Of a DNA stretch of 64,000 nt, positions 59,339 through 64,000 are shown one piece after another. The DNA lies in assembly GCA_020637055.1 (NCBI GenBank), contig JACJWR010000002.1:143802-207801 (forward strand), written 5' to 3'. Source of the stretch: Actinomycetota bacterium (GTDB lineage Bacteria; Actinomycetota; Actinomycetes; S36-B12; UBA10799). The translations under genes were made by a program, and so were the position numbers. Under the pieces are notes generated by a model. The model searched no databases and was not told where the DNA came from. It worked only from the letters and a program-made list of their open reading frames with translations. The stretch's first letter is position 1; every line of letters begins with the position of its first letter.

Positions 59339-61860
59339 AGGCAGTGGTCATGGCCGGCGGCTCCGGCACCAGGCTGCGTCCGCTGACCTCGTCGATTCCC
59401 AAGCCCCTCCTGCCGGTGGTCGGTCGGCCGATGCTCGAACACCTGCTGTTGCTGCTGCGGGCACACGGGGTGGACGAGGCCGTCATCACGGTTCACTACT
59501 TGGCTCAGCTTGTCCGATCCCATCACGGCACCGGAGCGGACACCGGAATCCAGCTGAGCTACGCCACCGAGTCCCGCCCCATGGGCACCGCCGGAAGCGT
59601 CAAACTCGCCCAATCGCGACTGCGCGACGAGCCGTTCCTGGTCATCTCCGGCGACGGAGTGACGGACCTGGATCTGACCGCATTGGCGGAGGCCCACCGG
59701 CAGTCGGGGGCCGCCGTCACCGTCTGCCTGGCGCGCCGGGCGAATCCGATGGGCATGGGTCTGGTGGTCACCGACGACGATGGTCGGATCACCCGGTTCC
59801 TGGAGAAACCCGACTGGTCGCAGGTGTTCACCGACACCGTCAACACGGGTATCTACATGGTCTCCCCGGAGGTGCTCGCGGACATCCCATCCGACGAGCC
59901 CATGGATTGGGCGCGAGACGTGTTCCCCGGCCTGCTGGCCCGCGGGGCACCAATCTTCGGCCACATCGGTGAGGGCTACTGGGAGGATGTCGGAACGCTC
60001 GACGCCTACCGATCGGTCCAGGTGGATGCCTTGCTCGGCCGGGTCAAGTTGGACATCCCCGGACATGAGGTGGCACCCGGGGTGTGGTTCGGCGACGGCG
60101 TCGAGGTCAGCAGCGAGGCAGAGTTGCTCGGGCCCTTGGTGCTCGGCGACCACGTTCGGGTCGCCGCCGGCGCCCGAGTCGAGCCGTTCAGCGTGATCGG
60201 CCGGCATAGCATCATCGGCCCTCGCGCAGTGGTCGAACGCTCCGTGATCATGGACAACGTCTACATCGGCGCCGGGGCCTCGCTCTACGGCTGCATCCTG
60301 GGTCAGACCTCGGAAGTGCTCGATCGGGTGCGGGTGGAGGAGGGGTCGTGTGTCGGCGACGGATGCCGGCTGGAGACGGAGTCGGTGATCACCTCCGGGG
60401 CCGACGTCTACCCGAAGAAGACCATCGCCGCCGGTGAGGTCGTCAGCGAGACGGTGGTCTGGGAGTCACGCTCCCCACGACAGATGTTCTCCGGCGAGGT
60501 GTTCAGCGGGGTCGTCAACATCGACGTCACCCCCGAGGTGGTGGCACGGGTCGCGGGAGCCTTCGCCACCATCCTGCCGAAAGGTGGCCGGGTGGCCGTG
60601 GCCCGGGATCATTCGGTGCCGTCACACGCAGTGTCCCTGGTGCTCATCGGCGCCTTGGCTTCGGCTGGGCTCAACGTCGACGTGCTGGGGATGAGTCCGG
60701 TCCCGGTGGCGCGCAGCCACGTGGGTCGGGCCTGCGACGGCGGCATCGTCGCGCGCACTGCGCCGGGTCGCCCGGAGAGCCTGCGGCTGATGTTCCTGGA
60801 CGCCGACGGAGTGGATATCGACCAGCGTGCGCGGCAGGACCTGGAGCGCATCGTGAACCGCCACGACATCATGCGCACGGCACCGACCGAGGTGGGTTCG
60901 GTCACCGCGCCGATGGGGGCGATCGACAACTATGTGGCCTCGGTCATGGCCGCCACCGACATGACGGGTGTCGCAGAGGCGGGACTGCGGATCGTGGTCG
61001 ACACCGCAGGCGGAACCGGGGCGATGATCCTGCCCACCCTGATGTCCCAGGCAGAGGTGGACGTCATCACGGTGAACTCCCGCTTGACCCCCAACCGGCC
61101 CACCGGATCGGCCGAAGAGCGCGCCGATTCCCTTCGGCGGCTGGGACTGTTGGTCGCGTCGTCGCGGGCGGCGTTGGGAGTGCGCATCAGCCCCACCGGG
61201 GAACGGTTGTCGATCGTGGACGAAACCGGGCGGGTGCTCAGCGACGACCGCGCCCTGCTGGTGGTGTTGGATTTGCTCGCGGCCGAACGTCGCAGCGGAG
61301 TCGTCGCCGTGCCGGTCACCACCACCAGGGTCGCCGAGCAAGTGGCCGCCTATCACGGCGTCCACATGATCTGGAGTCCCACCGGCGCCCAGGCACTGTC
61401 CCGCGCCAGCACCGCCGAAGGGCTGATCCTGGCCGGCGATGCCGACGGCGGCTTCGTGATCCCCGCAGTGGGACGTTCGTCGGATGCGATGGCCGCGCTC
61501 GTGGTGCTGCTCGGGCTCGTGGCCCGCACCCGATTGACCCTCCGGCAGATCGATACCCGGATCCCGTCGACGACTCTCCTACGCGAGCAGATTTCGGTGC
61601 CGTGGGCACAGAAGGCCTCCGTGATGCGTGCGGTGCGGGAAGCCGCAGGCGACGCGCCCATAGACGAGACCGAGGGCGTGCGCATCATGTTCCCCGACCG
61701 AGCCTGGGTGCTGGTCGCGCCCGACCCCAGCGCCGCGGCCGTCCGACTCTGGGCGGAGTCTCCGCGGGAACACGAGGCGCACGAGTTGATCGCAACCTGG
61801 AGCCAGGTCGTCGCGGCGGTGACGTCCGGTGACGAGGCCGGGTCCGCGGCGCTACAGTGA
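59335..61860 (+). CDS. Sugar-phosphate nucleotidyltransferase (ManC/GlmU-like NTP-transferase + left-handed beta-helix) fused to a phosphomannomutase/phosphoglucomutase-like domain
   Basis: [28 protein letters not shown] (G-x-G-x-R-L-x-P-L-T), hexapeptide repeats at about aa 290-360, then a four-subdomain PGM/PMM-like region. The ATG overlaps the upstream stop (ATGA). See findings for the degenerate PMM motifs. Confidence 0.85.
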   Translation: [841 protein letters not shown]

Positions 61861-61864
61861 GCGC

Positions 61865-62245
61865 ATGCTCCCTGCTGACCTGCTGTACACCGCTCAACAC
61901 GAATGGCTGGCCGTGCAACCCGACGGCACCGTGCGCGTGGGAATCACCGACTTCGCCCAGGACAGCCTCGGCGACATCGTCTTCGTCGCGCTGCCCGGAG
62001 TCGGCGACGACGTGGCCGCCGGCCAGGCGATGGGTGAGGTGGAATCCACCAAGAGCGTCAGCGAGGTGTATGCCCCGTTGGCCGGCCGGATCTCGCGCCG
62101 GAACGACGCGGTGGAGACGGCTCCGGAGACCATCAACGACGACCCCTACGGCGAAGGCTGGTTGGTCGAGATCGAGCCGGTGGCCGAAGTCGCGGCCGCC
62201 GAGTTCCTCGACGTGGCCGGCTACGAAGCCGTGATCAAGTCCTGA
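61865..62245 (+). CDS. gcvH: Glycine cleavage system H protein
   Basis: …LYTAQHEWLAV…VGITDFAQDSLGDIVFV… and the lipoyl-lysine motif EVESTKSVSEVYAP. Confidence 0.92.
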   Translation: MLPADLLYTAQHEWLAVQPDGTVRVGITDFAQDSLGDIVFVALPGVGDDVAAGQAMGEVESTKSVSEVYAPLAGRISRRNDAVETAPETINDDPYGEGWLVEIEPVAEVAAAEFLDVAGYEAVIKS

Positions 62246-62283
62246 ACGAATCGTTTCAGTAGCAGAGACGGAGGTTCGCTCGT

Positions 62284-62748
62284 ATGCATTGCTCAAACTG
62301 CGGCGCCGCACTCAATTCGGGAGCCAGGTTCTGCAGCAGCTGCGGTGCGCCCACGACCGCCGAGGCGACTCAGGCCACCGGAGCCCTGACGCCCGTGGGT
62401 GGTGCGCCCGCTGCCGAGGATGCCAACTCCGGGGCGGGTCCGCAGTTCGCTGTCATCGTGGTGAACCAGGGGCCTAACAAGGGCATGGCCTACACGTTGA
62501 CGCCGCCGCTGGTGAAAGTTGGGCGCAATCCGGATCAGGAAGTCTTTCTGGACGACATCACAGTCTCCCGACAGCACGCAGAACTCCGCTGGGCGGACGG
62601 GAACTGGCAGCTTGTGGATCTGGGCTCGCTGAACGGTTCGCGCGTGAATCAAGAGCCTGTTACCTCGGCGATCCTGAAGAGCGGTGACGAGATCCAGATC
62701 GGGAAGTACCGCTTTTGGTTCATGTCGGGTGCGGGTCCGGGCAGTTGA
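62284..62748 (+). CDS. FHA-domain protein at the GarA/OdhI locus, with N-terminal zinc-ribbon
   Basis: The C-terminal FHA domain is very close to the GarA pattern (…VGRNPDQEVFLDDITVSRQHAELR…LVDLGSLNGSRVNQEPV…GDEIQIGKYRF…). The N-terminus is CSNCGAALNSGARFCSSCG. The synteny gcvH-FHA-merR-BFN equals M. tuberculosis Rv1826-Rv1829. Confidence 0.85.
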   Translation: MHCSNCGAALNSGARFCSSCGAPTTAEATQATGALTPVGGAPAAEDANSGAGPQFAVIVVNQGPNKGMAYTLTPPLVKVGRNPDQEVFLDDITVSRQHAELRWADGNWQLVDLGSLNGSRVNQEPVTSAILKSGDEIQIGKYRFWFMSGAGPGS

Positions 62749-63440
62749 GCGAACTCATCGGGATCGGTGCGGTGATCTCGGAGCTGTCGGAGGAATTCCC
62801 GGATCTGACCGTCTCCAAGGTGCGGTTCCTCGAGTCGCAGGGGTTGCTCTCGCCGATCCGCACTCCCTCTGGGTACCGCCGCTACTCCGCCGCCGACCGG
62901 GAGCGACTGGCGTACATCCTGCGCACCCAGCGGGATCACTTCTTGCCGTTGAAGGTGATCTCGGAGCATCTCGAGGCCATGGACCGGGGCTTGCAGCCGC
63001 CGCTGATCACGGATCCGACGCCACGGCCCCCCGAAGTGGTGACGCCGGCCGGCTCCGAACGCGGTGTCGATGCTTCAGTTCGGCTGAGCGAAGATGAATT
63101 GCTGCGTGAATCCGGCCTGACCGAGTCGGAACTCGCAGACGCGATGGGGCAGGGGCTGCTGGCGGTGGGAAAGGACGGCCGATACGGGTTGGCCGAATTG
63201 CAGGCCGCCACGGCGGTGGCCGGGTTGGCCGCCTACGGCATGTCGGCGCGACACCTGCGCACGATACGGCTCGCGGCGGATCGGCACATCGGATTCGTCG
63301 ATCAGATCCTGGGCGCCAGGGCGGGCTCCGAGGATCGACCCCAAGGCGAGGTCGCCGGATCGATATTCCTCCTCACCCGGCAGCTCGAAGGCGCCATGCT
63401 GGCTGCCCACATCCGGGATGGCTATCCCGCCTCGCGCTGA
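62745..63440 (+). CDS. MerR-family transcriptional regulator (Rv1828/FtsR-like)
   Basis: MerR HTH …IGAVISELSEEFPDLTVSKVRFLESQGLLSPIRTPSGYRRYSAADRERLAYILRTQRDHFLPLKVI…. The start is uncertain: TTG 62745 overlaps the FHA stop, and TTG 62715 is an alternative. Confidence 0.8.
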   Translation: MSELIGIGAVISELSEEFPDLTVSKVRFLESQGLLSPIRTPSGYRRYSAADRERLAYILRTQRDHFLPLKVISEHLEAMDRGLQPPLITDPTPRPPEVVTPAGSERGVDASVRLSEDELLRESGLTESELADAMGQGLLAVGKDGRYGLAELQAATAVAGLAAYGMSARHLRTIRLAADRHIGFVDQILGARAGSEDRPQGEVAGSIFLLTRQLEGAMLAAHIRDGYPASR

Positions 63441-63477
63441 CTTCCGCGTGCTCCGGTATCGGGCTACAGTCGCTGGT

Positions 63478-63951
63478 ATGGAACCTCTTGACGTGGTGGG
63501 CGTTCGAGTCGAGATGCCGTCGAACCAGCCGCTGGTGCTGCTCCGGGAGCGCAATGGGGATCGCTACCTGCCGATCTGGATCGGGGCGGTAGAGGCGACC
63601 GCGATCGCTTTCGCACAACAGGGTGTCGTGCCGCCCCGACCGTTGACCCACGACCTGCTCCGGGACGTCCTGGACACGCTGCAGTCGCCGGTCCAGGAGG
63701 TCCGGATCACCGAGCTGCGCGATGGTGTCTTCTACTCCGTGCTCGATCTCGGCAACGGAGTCGAGGTCAGCGCCCGACCGAGCGACGCGATCGCTCTTGC
63801 GATGCGCTGCGGGGCACCGATCCTCAGTTCGGAGGAGGTGCTGGACTCCGCTGGGATCCAGGTGCCGGACGAGGAGGAGGACGAAGTGGAAGCGTTCCGG
63901 GAGTTCCTCGACACAGTGAATCCGGAGGACTTCGAACGCGGGGAGTCCTAG
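63478..63951 (+). CDS. Bifunctional nuclease family protein (DUF151/BFN domain, Rv1829-like)
   Basis: MEPLDVVGVRVEMPSNQPLVLLRERNGDRYLPIWIGAVEATAIAFAQQGVVPPRPLTHDLL… is the conserved BFN core. The C-terminus is acidic. Confidence 0.8.
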   Translation: MEPLDVVGVRVEMPSNQPLVLLRERNGDRYLPIWIGAVEATAIAFAQQGVVPPRPLTHDLLRDVLDTLQSPVQEVRITELRDGVFYSVLDLGNGVEVSARPSDAIALAMRCGAPILSSEEVLDSAGIQVPDEEEDEVEAFREFLDTVNPEDFERGES

Positions 63952-64000
63952 GAATTCGGTGACGAAAACGTCGAAAATGCAATATCCCTAACTGTTTACT

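Overview
This is a high-G+C actinobacterial chromosomal core region. It is gene-dense, almost entirely housekeeping, and largely syntenic with well-known Mycobacterium, Corynebacterium and Streptomyces loci.

Gene order:
(1) A complete dcw division/cell-wall cluster: rsmH (3' end)-ftsL-ftsI-murE-murF-mraY-murD-ftsW-murG-murC-ftsQ-ftsZ-pgeF-yggS-sepF-yggT-divIVA. Many junctions show ATGA/GTGA stop-start overlaps.
(2) ileS on the minus strand, then a TraR/DksA-like gene, lspA and rluD.
(3) A small accessory-looking patch: an AbiEi/DUF559-like gene and an alpha/beta hydrolase.
(4) A branched-chain amino acid/serine block: ilvD, ilvB-ilvN-ilvC, serA, leuA (minus), leuB, ilvE, cimA, gltX, tRNA-Glu and tRNA-Gln (minus), a PAS-GGDEF-EAL protein, and iclR divergent from leuC-leuD. 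CPBP proteases, a VOC protein and a photolyase-related gene are interspersed.
(5) hupB with a Lys/Ala/Thr repeat tail, fbiD-like, plsC, gpsA, an orphan degenerate ABC ATPase, a WS/DGAT acyltransferase with a similar Lys-rich tail, a POT transporter and a Na+/H+ antiporter.
(6) A CDP-alcohol phosphatidyltransferase coupled to a large nucleotidyltransferase/PMM-like fusion, then gcvH, a GarA-like FHA protein, merR and a bifunctional-nuclease family gene.

I saw no rRNA, CRISPR array, transposase/integrase or recognisable defence or biosynthetic island. I cannot honestly point to a new multi-gene system.

Observations most worth a second look:
(a) A sharply localised ~1.9 kb zone (about 39.43-41.29 kb) where the leuB tail, all of ilvE and the 5' third of cimA are broken by many frameshifts. 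The frame-corrected translation remains near-consensus, so this is either an assembly artefact or a very unusual pseudogenisation.
(b) Leader-peptide attenuator candidates upstream of ilvB (Ile-Leu-Val run plus intrinsic terminator) and leuA (Leu run plus an alternative SD-masking helix).
(c) A wax-ester/TAG synthase carrying a histone-like KKAT-repeat tail of the same kind as the nearby HupB.
(d) A photolyase-family protein whose two domains appear in swapped order.
(e) Several proteins with degenerate catalytic motifs: a PMM-like domain, a GGDEF domain and an ABC ATPase.

All calls rest on reading the ORF translations and the DNA by eye. No database search was run.
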